A stretch of 64,000 nucleotides of DNA from Macrostomum hystrix (Eukaryota; Animalia; Platyhelminthes): assembly GCA_950097015.1 (NCBI GenBank), contig CATNEN010000008.1:4526001-4590000 (forward strand). The letters run 5' to 3'. Shown here piece after piece: positions 13,247 through 26,787 of the stretch. The notes beneath the pieces were generated by a model. That model was not told the DNA's origin and searched no databases. It worked only from the letters and a program-made list of their open reading frames with translations. Positions within the stretch are counted from its first letter, which is position 1, and each line of letters begins with the position of its first letter. The translations under genes and the position numbers were made by a program.

Positions 13247-14325
13247 ATGAGGGAGAGAGTCAGGGTGAATGAGGGAGAGAGTCAGGGTGCATGGGGGAGA
13301 GTCAGGGTGCATGAGGGAGAGTCAGGGTGCATGGGGGAGAGTCAGGATGCATGGGGGGAGAGTCAGGGTGCATGGGGGAGAGTCAGGGTGAATGAGGGAG
13401 AGTCAGGGTGCATGAGGGAGAGTCAGGGTGCATTGGGGAGAGTCAGGGTGAATGAGGGAGAGTCAGGGTGAATGAGGGAGAGTCAGGGTGCATGAGGGAG
13501 AGTCAGGGTGCATTGGGGAGAGTCAGGGTGCATGGGGAGAGTCAGGATGCATGGAGGAGAGTCAGGGTGAATGAGGGAGAGTCAGGGTGCATGGGGGAGA
13601 GTCAGGGTGCATGGGGAGAGTCAGGATGCATGGAGGAGAGTCAGGGTGAATGAGGGAGAGTCAGGGTGCATGGGGGAGAGTCAGGGTGCATGGGGAGAGT
13701 CAGGATGCATGGAGGAGAGTCAGGGTGAATGAGGGAGAGTCAGGGTGCATGGGGGGAGAGTCAGGATGCATGGGGGAGAGTCAGGGTGCATGGGGGAGAG
13801 TCAGGGTGAATGAGGGAGAGTCAGGGTGCATGGGGGAGAGTCAGGGTGCATGGGGGAGAGTCAGGGTGAATGAGGGAGAGTCAGGGTGAATGAGGGAGAG
13901 AGTCAGGGTGCATGGGGGGAGAGTCAGGGTGCATGGGGGGGAGAGTCAGGGTGCATGGGGGAGAGTCAGGGTGCATGGGGGAGAGTCAGGGTGCATGGGG
14001 GAGAGTCAGGGTGCATGGGGGAGAGTCAGGGTGCATGGGGGAGAGTCAGGGTGCATGGGGGAGAGTCAGGGTGCATGGGGGAGAGTCAGGGTGCATGGGG
14101 GAGAGTCAGGGTGCATGGGGGAGAGTCAGGGTGCATGAGGGAGAGTCAGGGTGCATGGGGGAGAGTCAGGGTGCATGGGGGAGAGTCAGGGTGCATGGGG
14201 GCGAGTCAGGGTGCATGGGGGAGAGTCAGGGTGCATGGGGGAGAGTCAGGGTGCATGGGGGAGAGTCAGGGTGCATGGGGGAGAGTCAGGGTGCATGGGG
14301 GAGAGTCAGGGTGCATGGGGGAGAG
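13247..14325. repeat. G-rich ~20-bp minisatellite GAGTCAGGGTGCATGGGGGA
   Basis: Direct reading. Confidence 0.95.
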
Positions 14326-15519
14326 GAGTCAACAGCCAAAAGTGTTGCTGTATGCGCTATCCAAGTTCAGCGCTGATGAAGACTTATTATACCCAACTCT
14401 TTCTCTAAGCATTCAACTATCAGACAATGGAATTTGATATGGTGGGTATCTTAACAAGATAATTTTAGCCCAGCAAGACGTGACAAGTGGTTGATGTGAG
14501 GGATTGGCTGAATAGAGCTGCAGTTTATAATAGAAATATATATTTCTTTTTGTTTTTTTTTCTGTTCTCCGCTGAGCCATGGCTAAATACTTGCGCCGTC
14601 TGGCACGATGAATTTTTTCATTCGTAATTCGAGTTGAAAACGGAGAAACTCATTTTTCTTTCTTTCTCTCGCTTTTTTATTTTTCTTTCTAAGGATCTGT
14701 TCTCAAATTGTGCTCATGATTACCTAGCCATCTAAGTGAAAGATAGACAATGAAACCTAGGTGTCTGACTGCAGGCATTTTGCCATTGCTAAATTCTTCT
14801 CAGACACCTTTGCTTTCTTATTTTCTGCTGGTTTATTTTAGCCTCGGAGTTTGAGCATTGCTGCCTGAGTAGCATAGTGGCTTGTTCTCAATTTATTCTG
14901 AGTCACGCTCCCACTAGAAGCAGCGAATTCAGCCAGGTTCACGATGAGTTTAGGTAGATTAAACTGTTTGGTGAGTTTATTTATTTAGAAAATTGCTATA
15001 TGGAAATGTGCCAAAATTTCTAACTCAACAGCTAGTTAAACGATTCGACAATCTGAACTGTTTTCGAGTGTTCCTGTGCCAAACTTGGTGCTACCCTGAA
15101 AGTTGGTAGAGGTGTGCATCGAGTACAGGCAGCATTGCACACTCACATATATTCTATTTTAGTTACCATGCTAGAAAACTGTGTGTTTGAATTGCCGCCA
15201 ATGTTTTAATTGTTGCCGAGTGCAGCTTTCTGAGCAATTCGGAACAGCTTTTTGAAGTGTAGACGCAACGAGAGATGAGGAATGGAAGGCCACTTGGAGA
15301 CAATTGAGAGTCTTGAGTGCGGTAGGGTGGCAGGGCCCATAGCAACAGAGCTCACAGAGGTGACAATTAATAATCTGCTACAACCCCCCAACAAACTGAA
15401 CTGTCAAAAACTGCTTTTAAATGAAAGAATATTGATAAACACTGTCACTGGAAATTGAAATTTGAATTCAAATCAAGCCTTGACAAATTCACAATGTGAT
15501 GCAATGCTTTGGATTGAGA

Positions 15520-17456
15520 GAGGGTCAGGGTGAATGAGGGAGAGTCAGGGTGAATGAGGGAGAGTCATGGTGAATGAGGGAGAGTCAGGGTGAATGAGGG
15601 AGAGTCAGGGTGAATGAGGGAGAGTCAGGGTGAATGAGGGAGAGTCAGGGTGAATGAGGGAGAGTCAGGGTGAATGAGGGAGAGTCATGGTGAATGAGGG
15701 AGAGTCATGGTGAATGAGGGAGAGTCAGGGTGAATGAGGGAGAGTCAGGGTGAATGAGGGAGAGTCAGGGTGAATGAGGGAGAGTCATGGTGAATGAGGG
15801 AGAGTCATGGTGAATGAGGGAGAGTCAGGGTGAATGAGGGAGAGTCAGGGTGAATGAGGGAGAGTCAGGGTGAATGAGGGAGAGTCAGGGTGAATGAGGG
15901 AGAGTCAGGGTGAATGAGGGAGAGTCAGGGTGAATGAGGGAGAGTCAGGGTGAATGAGGGAGAGTCAGGGTGAATGAGGGAGAGTCAGGGTGAATGAGGG
16001 AGAGTCAGGGTGAATGAGGGAGAGTCATGGTGAATGAGGGAGAGTCATGGTGAATGAGGGAGAGAGTCAGGGTGAATGAGGGAGAGTCATGGTGAATGAG
16101 GGAGAGTCATGGTGAATGAGGGAGAGAGTCAGGGTGAATGAGGGAGAGAGTCATGGTGAATGAGGGAGAGAGTCAGGGTGAATGAGGGAGAGAGTCAGGG
16201 TGAATGAGGGAGAGTCATGGTGAATGAGGGAGAGTCATGGTGAATGAGGGAGAGTCATGGTGAATGAGGGAGAGTCAGGGTGAATGAGGGAGAGTCATGG
16301 TGAATGAGGGGCAGAGTCATGGTGAATGAGGGGCAGAGTCAGGGTGAATGAGGGAGAGTCAGGGTGAATGAGGGAGAGTCAGGGTGAATGAGGGAGAGTC
16401 AGGGTGAATGAGGGAGAGCCAGGGTGAATGAGGGGCAGAGTCAGGGTGAATGAGGGAGAGCCAGGGTGAATGAGGGAGAGCCAGGGTGAATGAGGGAGAG
16501 AGTCATGGTGAATGAGGGAGAGAGTCAGGGTGAATGAGGGAGAGTCATGGTGAATGAGGGAGAGTCATGGTGAATGAGGGAGAGTCATGGTGAATGAGGG
16601 AGAGTCATGGTGAATGAGGGAGAGTCATGGTGAATGAGGGAGAGTCAGGGTGAATGAGGGAGAGTCATGGTGAATGAGGGGCAGAGTCATGGTGAATGAG
16701 GGGCAGAGTCAGGGTGAATGAGGGAGAGTCAGGGTGAATGAGGGAGAGTCAGGGTGAATGAGGGAGAGTCATGGTGAATGAGGGAGAGTCAGGGTGAATG
16801 AGGGAGAGTCATGGTGAATGAGGGGCAGAGTCATGGTGAATGAGGTGCAGAGTCAGGGTGAATGAGGGAGAGTCAGGGTGAATGAGGGAGAGTCAGGGTG
16901 AATGAGGGGCAGAGTCAGGGTGAATGAGGGAGAGTCAGGGTGAATGAGGGAGAGCCAGGGTGAATGAGGGGCAGAGTCAGGGTGAATGAGGGAGAGCCAG
17001 GGTGAATGAGGGAGAGCCAGGGTGAATGAGGGAGAGAGTCATGGTGAATGAGGGAGAGAGTCAGGGTGAATGAGGGAGAGTCATGGTGAATGAGGGAGAG
17101 TCATGGTGAATGAGGGAGAGTCATGGTGAATGAGGGAGAGTCATGGTGAATGAGGGAGAGTCATGGTGAATGAGGGAGAGTCAGGGTGAATGAGGGAGAG
17201 TCATGGTGAATGAGGGGCAGAGTCATGGTGAATGAGGGGCAGAGTCAGGGTGAATGAGGGAGAGTCAGGGTGAATGAGGGAGAGTCAGGGTGAATGAGGG
17301 AGAGTCAGGGTGAATGAGGGAGAGTCAGGGTGAATGAGGGAGAGTCAGGGTGAATGAGGGAGAGTCAGGGTGAATGAGGGAGAGTCAGGGTGAATGAGGG
17401 AGAGTCAGGGTGAATGAGGGGCAGAGTCAGGGTGAATGAGGGGCAGAGTCAGGGTG
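15520..17456. repeat. 20-bp minisatellite GAGTCAGGGTGAATGAGGGA
   Basis: Period 20; sibling of 13247-14325. Confidence 0.97.
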
Positions 17457-17892
17457 ATAGTAATGTGTGAATGCTTGATTGTAATATAAGGAAAAGTGTC
17501 ACAAGCTTAAGTCAAACAGCATAACTGTGTCCAGCCTCATAAAACCTAAGCGAACAGTGCATTCTATTTGCACAGTGGCTGGGTCTGGTAGCATTCTGTA
17601 GTTCCGGTGTTAAGAACAAGCAGCAACAGTTTGTCTTTCTTTCTGTCGAATTTTTTGCTATCCTTCTATTTCACAGGGTAGAAAATTCAGCAAATATAAA
17701 CGAAACATTCTATAGCTGGATGGCTTCAGCAGAATCTCGTGTTTGCCTCTTTTAAAAGATGACAGTTTGGCACAGAACTAATTTTTATCTTAACAGATTA
17801 ATATGAATAGTTATAGAAAGGATTGTCTGACTAAACCTAAATAATGCAAATACATAATTACTCAAAAAAAACAAACGCAGGTTTCACCTCAG

Positions 17893-18009
17893 CTGTCAGC
17901 CAAGTTGTCCCAGCATCCCTACCTCATCAACAGCGAGTGCGGTGGTGGCGGAGGCGGCAGCGGCGCTGAAGTGGCGATGGACAAAGCGGCAGTTTCTGCA
18001 TGTAGCTCA
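17893..18009 (+). CDS. ANOS1: Anosmin-1 exon 2
   Basis: ag/LSAKLSQHPYLINSECGGGGGGSGAEVAMDKAAVSACSS/gtgaga, phase 0-0; joining to exon 3 gives CSSCSRAC, the CxxCxxxC of the anosmin Cys-rich region. Confidence 0.7.
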
Positions 18010-18021
18010 GTGAGAATCTGC

Positions 18022-18330
18022 TTTCTATTCCCCACTTTCTATTCCCCACTTTCTATTCCCCACTTTCTATTCCCCACTTTCTATTCCCCCCTTTCTATTC
18101 CCCACTTTCTATTCCCCACTTTCTATTCCCCACTTTCTATTCCCCACTTTCTATTCCCCACTTTCTATTCCCCACTTTCTATTCCCCACTTTCTATTCCC
18201 CACTTTCTATTCCCCACTTTCTATTCCCCACTTTCTATTCCCACTTTCTATTCCCCACTTTCTATTCCCCACTTTCTATTCCCCACTTTCTATTCCCCAC
18301 TTTGTTATCCCAGTCTTCTATTCCTAACTT
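18022..18330. repeat. 14-bp minisatellite TTCTATTCCCCACT
   Basis: Direct reading. Confidence 0.95.
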
Positions 18331-19049
18331 TCTATTCTCTATCATCCATTCCCCACTTTCTATACCCTAATTTGTAATCCCCAGTTTCTAAATCCCAATT
18401 TCTGTAATCCCTGCTTTCTCAGCGCCTCTCCAAATAAATTCTGCCTGGAATCCATTACAGCGACACTTAGCCAATTCGAATTGTCCACTCGAGTATCATA
18501 AGCGCATCCTACACAGATTAGATGGATGGATGAATGGTTGCCATGGAGCCCATCGCTGAGTCACTGTCGCCTATAGCCGAATTCCTGTTCAATGTTGACG
18601 TCGCAAAGCAGCAAATAAAAGTGTTATAGGGAAGTGTTTTCGCGCGGTCAGCAACAGCAGCGGCTGCACAGCTGGAGTCGAGGGCTGTGGTGATGAATGC
18701 GAGGGACTCCCCGCTGGTCTCTGGCTCAGATGTCACTCCCCAAAACTGCTTGGCTACGGGGCAAAGCGTTTTACTTTTTTGCTTGTTTCAAAATTTCAAA
18801 AGAATCGGGCAACGATTAACCCGGAATAGTCAAATCATAGTAAACAGAGAGACTGCGAGACAGTTAAATATTAGATTGACTGACAGATATGCCAAATTCT
18901 ACATCCGTATACAAATGTCCGATCAATGATTCAACCCGAAAAAAATATATTTAATTGGACAGCCTTCTACACCATTCTACACTACAGATAATAGACTATT
19001 ATCTTCGAGAATTATAAGATGGTTTATAAATATGAAATAAGATCGTCTG

Positions 19050-21480
19050 TTCTAAGAAAGATAATCTTCTAAACTAAGAAAGAAGATCGTCTCTCTTTTC
19101 TAAGAAAGAAGATCGTCTCTCTTTTCTAAGAAAGAAGATCGTCTCTCTTTTCTAAGAAAGAAGATCGTCTCTCTTTTCTAAGAAAGAAGATCGTCTCTCT
19201 TTTCTAAGAAAGAAGATCGCCTCTTTGTTCTAAGAAAGAAGATCGCCTCTTTGTTCTAAGAAAGAAGATCGTCTCTTTGTTCTAAGAAAGAAGATCGTCT
19301 CTCTTTTCTAAGAAAGAAGATCGCCTCTTTGTTCTAAGAAAGAAGATCGTCTCTCTTTTCTAAGAAAGAAGATCGTCTCTTTGTTCTAAGAGAGAAGATC
19401 GTCTCTTTGTTCTAAGAAAGAAGATCGTCTCTTTGTTCTAAGAAAGAAGATCGCCTCTTTGTTCTAAGAAAGAAGATCGTCTCTCTTTTCTAAGAAAGAA
19501 GATCGTCTCTTTGTTCTAAGAGAGAAGATCGTCTCTTTGTTCTAAGAAAGAAGATCGTCTCTCTTTTCTAAGAAAGAAGATCGTCTCTTTGTTCTAAGAA
19601 AGAAGATCGTCTCTCTTTTCTAAGAAAGAAGATCGCCTCTTTGTTCTAAGAAAGAAGATCGTCTCTTTGTTCTAAGAAAGAAGATCGTCTCTTTGTTCTA
19701 AGAAAGAAGATCGTCTCTTTGTTCTAAGAAAGAAGATCGTCTCTTTGTTCTAAGAAAGAAGATCGTCTCTCTTTTCTAAGAAAGAAGATCGTCTCTCTTT
19801 TCTAAGAAAGAAGATCGCCTCTTTGTTCTAAGAAAGAAGATCGTCTCTCTTTTCTAAGAAAGAAGATCGCCTCTTTGTTCTAAGAAAGAAGATCGTCTCT
19901 TTGTTCTAAGAAAGAAGATCGTCTCTTTGTTCTAAGAAAGAAGATCGTCTCTCTTTTCTAAGAAAGAAGATCGTCTCTCTTTTCTAAGAAAGAAGATCGC
20001 CTCTTTGTTCTAAGAAAGAAGATTGTCTCTCTTTTCTAAGAAAGAAGATCGCCTCTTTGTTCTAAGAAAGAAGATCGTCTCTTTGTTCTAAGAAAGAAGA
20101 TCGTCTCTTTGTTCTAAGAAAGAAGATCGTCTCTTTGTTCTAAGAAAGAAGATCGTCTCTTTGCTCTAAGAAAGAAGATCGTCTCTTTGTTCTAAGAAAG
20201 AAGATCGTCTCTCTTTTCTAAGAAAGAAGATCGTCTCTCTTTTCTAAGAAAGAAGATCGTCTCTCTTTTCTAAGAAAGAAGATCGTCTCTCTTTTCTAAG
20301 AAAGAAGATCGTCTCTCTTTTCTAAGAAAGAAGATCGCCTCTCTTTTCTAAGAAAGAAGATCGTCTCTCTTTTCTAAGAAAGAAGATCGCCTCTCTTTTC
20401 TAAGAAAGAAGATCGCCTCTTTGTTCTAAGAAAGAAGATCGTCTCTCTTTTCTAAGAAAGAAGATCGTCTCTCTTTTCTAAGAAAGAAGATCGCCTCTTT
20501 GTTCTAAGAAAGAAGATCGTCTCTTTTCTAAGAAAGAAGATCGTCTCTTTGTTCTAAGAAAGAAGATCGTCTCTCTTTTCAAAGAAAGAAGATCGTCTCT
20601 TTGTTCTAAGAAAGAAGATCGTCTCTCTTTTCAAAGAAAGAAGATCGTCTCTTTGTTCTAAGAAAGAAGATCGGCTCTTTGTTCTAAGAAAGAAGATCGC
20701 CTCTTTGTTCTAAGAAAAAAGATCGCCTCTTTTTATAAGAAAGAAGATCGTCTCTTTGTTCTACGAAAGAAGATCGTCTCTCTTTTCTAAGAAAGAAGAT
20801 CGTCTCTTTGTTCTAAGAAAGAAGATCGTCTCTCTTTTCTAAGAAAGAAGATCGCCTCTTTGTTCTAAGAAAGAAGATCGTCTCTCTTTTTTAAGAAAGA
20901 AGATCGTCTCTTTTTTCTAAGAAAGAAGATCGTCTCTCTTTTCTAAGAAAGAAGATCGTCTCTCTTTTCTAAGAAAGAAGATCGCCTCTTTGTTCTAAGA
21001 AAGAAGATCGTCTCTTTTCTAAGAAAGAAGATCGCCTCTTTGTTCTAAGAAAGAAGATCGTCTCTTTGTTCTAAGAAAGAAGATCGCCTCTTTGTTCTAA
21101 GAAAGAAGATCGCCTCTTTGTTCTAAGAAAAAAGATCGTCTCTCTTTTCTAAGAAAGAAGATCGTCTCTTTGTTCTACGAAAGAAGATCGTCTCTCTTTT
21201 CTAAGAAAGAAGATCGTCTCTTTGTTCTAAGAAAGAAGATCGTCTCTCTTTTCTAAGAAAGAAGATCGTCTCTCTTTTCTAAGAAAAAAGATCGCCTCTT
21301 TTTCTAAGAAAGAAGATCGTCTCTCTTTTCTAAGAAAGAAGATCGTCTCTTTGTTCTAAGAAAGAAGATCGTCTCTCTTTTCTAAGAAAGAAGATCGTCT
21401 CTCTTTTCTAAGAAAGAAGATCGTCTCTTTGTTCTAAGAAAGAAGATCGTCTCTCTTTTTTTAAGAAAGACGATCTTCTA
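19050..21480. repeat. 26-bp minisatellite AAGAAAGAAGATCGTCTCT(TTG/CTT)TTCT, ~90 units
   Basis: Direct reading. Confidence 0.97.
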
Positions 21481-22231
21481 TTCTTAGAAAATAAACTGTC
21501 TCATTAAAACAACAATGAATACGATCTATTTTAGGTAAGAAATTTCTAAACCATTTAAAAAAAGTGTCCTTTTTTCTTTACAGAACTCACATCTCGATGA
21601 CCTTTATGCAATAGGCACAAAGGCAACAGGCAGTATATATTTTTTAACAATGACAAAGACTTGATTAGGAAATCTGCCATCGAAGTCCCAAAATTTCCAA
21701 CCTTCATGCCACCCGGGTGTGTCCTCCTCCTTTTACTGGAAGAGAATCTGAGAGAAGAAATACTTTTATAGATAAGAAATAATTCACAAACACTCAGATC
21801 TGATGAATGATTTTATCTGTGATATCGGCTGCATCCAACCTCAGCACCTCACTGCGAAAGCTTGAGTGACTATGAAGGGTGTCAGCCAGCTAAATGAGCT
21901 CAACTTCCTGTTTTTTATACTCGTAGAAATATTTTCTGAAGCCACTCGGCAAGCGGAAAATGCCTCGGGAGAGGAGTGGTTAAGAGAGTGAGTGCAATGC
22001 ATTGATTGCACACGTTGCCAAATGTATAGATGGGGTTAAGTTCATAACACTGAAACTGAACCAAAGTGTCACCATTCTCAACTTCAACTCAAAATTCAAT
22101 ACAGTAATTGATTGATTCTGATAGTATCTTTTCTAATGCGTTTTGAAAAGCTCAATTGTCATTCAGTGCCGTGATTGTTAATGAGGTAGAAGAGGTGATC
22201 GATTGATTGAAACTGATTTGGACAGATAGAA

Positions 22232-22457
<226 letters not shown>

Positions 22458-22994
22458 ACAAATCTCAGCCAAATTGGTCCATAATTGGCTAACATTGATG
22501 GTGAAAGTGTTTGCAGTCCGTCGGCCATTGCGCAATTCTCAGAGTGGCATGGCGAGTGTTTGTGTGTGAATTGGCACCGAACCCTCTTGACCCGGTGAGA
22601 GCCAATCCAGGCAAACTTTACCAAGTTTTCTGCTACAACTTTTTTTTACTTCAGCAAATTTGATAATGCAATCAGGAAAGCTTCTATTGACAGATTCAAC
22701 GCAAATCTTTCTACTGCTGAAGTGGGATTTTATCCCTGGCAGCCACACTAGCACTGGGAAGCCAAGTTGATTAGTCCTATTATCGAGATATTTGCCGGCT
22801 GCTGACTCAATCACGCCACGGCCCACTGACTTTCCTTAGCAAAACTGTTTCACATTTTTTTCTAGTTTACTTTGAGCAGTCGCAATTCTCTACTCCATCA
22901 CACTGAGCGTTGGTAATCCAACACTGCAATTTTTTGTTAGCACCATTCACTCTCTATACAATATCCCAATTCATTCTCAGATTTCTCTTTCTGT

Positions 22995-23680
22995 TCCACT
23001 ACCCTTCTCTCCTCCCCTCTGTTCCTTTACCCTTCTCTCCTCCCCTCTGTTCCTCTACCCTTCTCTCCTCCCCTCTGTTCCTCTACCCTTCTCTCCTCCC
23101 CTCTGTTCCTCTACCCTTCTCTCCTCCCCTCTGTTCCTCTACCCTTCTCTCCTCCCCTCTGTTCATCTACCCCTCTCTCCTCCCCTGTTCATCTACCCCT
23201 CTCCTCCCCTGTTCATCTACCCCTCTCTCCTCCCTTGTTTATCTACCCCTCTCTCCTCCCCTGTTCATCTACCCCTCTCTCCTCCCCTGTTCATCTACCC
23301 CTCTCTCCTCCCCTGTTCATCTACCCCTCTCCTCCCCTGTTCATCTACCCCACTCACCTCCCCTGTTCATCTACCCCTCTCACCTCCCCTGTTCATCTAC
23401 CGCTCTCACCTCCCCTGTTCATCTACCCCTCTCACCTCTCCTGTTCATCTACCCCTCTCTCCTCCCCTGTTCATCTACCCCTCTCACCTCCCCTGTTTAT
23501 CTACCCCTCTCTCCTCCCCTGTTCATCTACCCCTCTCTCCTCCCTTGTTTATCTACCCCTCTCTCCTCCCCTGTTCATCTACCCCTCTCTCCTCCCCTGT
23601 TCCTCTACCCCTCTCTCCTCACTTTTGTTCCTCTACCCCTCTCTCCTCCCCTGTTCCTCTACCCCTCTCTCTACCCCCTT
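22995..23680. repeat. ~26-bp pyrimidine-rich minisatellite CCCCTGTTCATCTACCCCTCTCTCCT
   Basis: Direct reading. Confidence 0.93.
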
Positions 23681-24529
23681 CTTAGCCTCCAAGCTCTCAG
23701 ATTTCTCTTCTTTCAAAAACATCCCCTAATCCTAACCCGATAATCAAACGTTTTCAAAATGAAGCTTCAACTAGCAATACGAGATGTGGCTAGAATTGAA
23801 ATCTTAAAATTTTTTGGAGGGTAGATAAAAGACGTATAGGAAGAAAGACAGAGAGAGGAACCAAGCTAGGGAGAAAAATCCCCTATATGACAAGATTCCC
23901 CCCATTTAAAAGCATCGGTACGGAGGGAGGAGTAACATTTTTTAAAGGCAAGTTCTAAAAGCATGGCACGGTCGGACACACAATCGGTCGGTCATGACTA
24001 GTAGAATTATGACACCTCAACTGTCACCTATGTGTGCGCCAGTGTCCAACGATGCAGCAGATGCCAGCCAGATGCTGCGCGGATGCAAGCCTTTTCCCCA
24101 CTTGAAATTTCTTCCACCAAGCCGCCAGCCGTCTGTAAAAGCCTCCCCGCAATCCTACAAAACCTATGAAAGAAGAAAGTTGTAGAAAACAACAGAATGG
24201 CGAAAGGGCTAACGTAGTCTTAGTGAAAACAGAGCAACCTGAGGATCGCATTTTGCGTAGGACGAGAAAGTGAAATTGAGATTTTTATTCCCTCCTCGAT
24301 GAATGCTACCTTGACGATTTTTGCGACGAAGAAAATTTTTTTTCTCTTTGTTAACTATATCTCCAGTCTCTCTGCGGTGGAAATTTTCAGTGCACAGCAT
24401 TGCATTGAAGATTGCCACTTTAAGTTTATTAGCAACACCCAATGGGACCAGAATGTTTGCTTGTGCGCATGACACTGCCGTGCCCGCCAGCCTCACCTTC
24501 ACTCCACTCACTCTACTTCACTTTAATGT

Positions 24530-25365
24530 CCTCCTCTCCTATCGTCTCCATTCCTCTCCCCTCTTCTCCTCTCCTCTCCTCTCCTCTCCTCTCCTCTCCT
24601 CTCCTCTCCTCTTCTCTCCTCTCCTCTCTTCTCCTCTCCATTCCTCTCCTCTCCTCTTCTCTCCTCTCCTCTCTTCTCCTCTCCATTCCTCTCCTCTCCT
24701 CTTCTCTCCTCTCCTCTCTTCTCCTCTCCATTCCTCTCCTCTCCTCTTCTCTCCTCTCCTCTCTTCTCCTCTCCATTCCTCTCCTCTCCTCTCCTCTCCT
24801 CTCCTCTCCTCTCCTCTCCTCTCCTCTTCTCTCCTCTCCTCTCTTCTCCTCTCCATTCCTCTCCTCTCCTCTCTTCTCCTCTCCTCTCCTCTCCTCTCCT
24901 CTCCTCTCCTCTCCTCTCCTCTCCTCTCCTCTCTTCTCCTCTCCTCTCCTCTCCTCTCCTCTCCATTCCTCTCCTCTCCTCTCCTCTCCTCTCCTCTCCA
25001 TTCCTCTCCTCTCCTCTCCTCTCCTCTCCTCTCCTCTCCTCTCCTCTCCTCTCCTCTTCTCTCCTCTCCTCTCCTCTCCTCTCCTCTCCTCTCCTCTCCT
25101 CTCCTCTTCTCTCCTCTCCTCTCCTCTCCTCTCCTCTCCTCTCCTCTTCTCTCCTCTCCTCTCTTCTCCTCTCCATTCCTCTCCTCTCCTCTCTTCTCCT
25201 CTCCTCTCCTCTCCTCTCCTCTCCTCTCCTCTCCTCTCCTCTCCTCTCCTGTCCTGTCCTGTACTCTCTTCTCCTCTCCTCTCCTCTCCTCTCTTCTCCT
25301 CTCCATTCCTCTCCTCTCCTCTCTTCTCCTCTCCTCTCCTCTCCTCTCCTCTCCTCTCCTCTCTA
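24530..25365. repeat. (TCTCC)n pentanucleotide repeat
   Basis: Direct reading. Confidence 0.97.
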
Positions 25366-25844
25366 AATAATAATATATTATATTATTCTCCTCTTAGAAC
25401 CCGAAGCTGAAACGCAAACGGCAACGAATTAAGAAAATTCAAATCCCTAATAACTGCCCTGGTCAATACAGTAATAAAACTACCCTGACCCTTAGAAACA
25501 AAGAATTCTTGAATTTGCAAGCACTTTCTGCTTCCGTCTGTCAGGCGGTGAAAGTGTTTCGTCTGCGGTCGCGAGCTCGCAACACTGGGGCAAAGTTGGC
25601 TAATTCAGGCGCAACTGCTTTATGTTGCCGCTTCTGCTTTATGCGTTAAAATATTTTTTGTGGTCCGTCATTTCTCATCCATCGCTGCTTTGCTAAAGAA
25701 AATAAGTTCAAGCCTAGGACAGGGAAGGGAAATTTCAAGTCAAAAGGATGTAAAATCTCAATGTCTTCTACTTTGAAAGACATTCTGAGATTCCAATCTT
25801 TCATTTCCAAAGCACTCGCAAATCGATTCAATTTGGCTTTGCAG

Positions 25845-25919
25845 TGCAGCAGGGCTTGCAACTGGTTCGATACGAAGAGCTTTCCTAGAAACAGCACCGG
25901 CTGCGAACAGTTCTGCAAG
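25845..25919 (+). CDS. ANOS1: Anosmin-1 exon 3
   Basis: tttgcag/[25 protein letters not shown]/gtgagg; CxxxC...CxxFC matches the anosmin Cys box. Confidence 0.85.
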
Positions 25920-25961
25920 GTGAGGCACTGAATACCGAAATTGGTAATTCACCTATTTGCT

Positions 25962-26022
<61 letters not shown>

Positions 26023-26023
26023 G

Positions 26024-26055
<32 letters not shown>

Positions 26056-26058
26056 TAC

Positions 26059-26090
<32 letters not shown>

Positions 26091-26099
26091 GGATAGATG

Positions 26100-26140
<41 letters not shown>
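25962..26140. repeat. (TAGA)n microsatellite (shorter run also at ~26420-26460)
   Basis: Direct reading. Confidence 0.95.
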
Positions 26141-26522
26141 GCGAAGGCCTCTCAGAGGCAATCCACGCACACAGTACTAGATGTTTTGAAATACCGATTT
26201 TTTAATATATAGTACGATGGACCAAATTTTCGGCCAAAGCTGGGCCTTCTTCAGGGTCTGTATATTTAGATAACTCAAACGAAAAAATATTGTTAAAGCG
26301 ATCGCTTATATATATGGGGGGTTAAAAACCGTATTGATTTTAAAGTTGGAATTGTACATAAAAAATTATAAACGAACACGGGCACGTTAAAAATAAAACT
26401 GTCAATGCCGCGTGCAGTCAGATAGATAGATAGATAGATAGATTGATAGATTGATAAGATAGTTAACTGAAAATTTATATTTCGATACATATAGGCTACC
26501 CCCCAAAATCCCTAACCGACAG

Positions 26523-26787
26523 CCTGCAGGCGGAGGCGGTCCCCCAGATTCAGCGAGCTGTGCGGCCTCCTGCAGCCGGCTCTCCACCCTGCTGGTCACC
26601 AACCCGGGCAATTGTCCCACCCTGGCCTCGTCGTCAGCTGCTGATGGCATCGGCTGCAGAGCGGCCGGTTCGCCGTGCCTCAGTCCGGGCGATGACCGCG
26701 ACTGCGCTGGCGGCCTCAAACCGATGCGCTGCTGCCGCAGCGACTGCGGCATCTCCGCCTGCCAGACAGCCAACATCAGCCTGGACG
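26523..26787 (+). CDS. ANOS1: Anosmin-1 exon 4 (end of Cys box plus WAP/four-disulfide core)
   Basis: SCAASCSRLSTLLVTNPGNCP...GCRAAGSPCLSPGDDRDCAGGLKPMRCCRSDCGISAC (8-Cys WAP pattern); donor gtgagt, phase 1. Confidence 0.92.

Noticed and set aside
18615-18740. Cys-rich frame KCFRAVSNSSGCTAGVEGCGDECEGLPAGLWLRC as an anosmin exon
   Set aside because: No suitable donor, and all ten Cys-box cysteines are already supplied by exons 1-4
24025-24080. VCASVQRCSRC as an anosmin Cys-box exon
   Set aside because: No splice sites framing it; the exon 2-3 junction already gives CxxCxxxC
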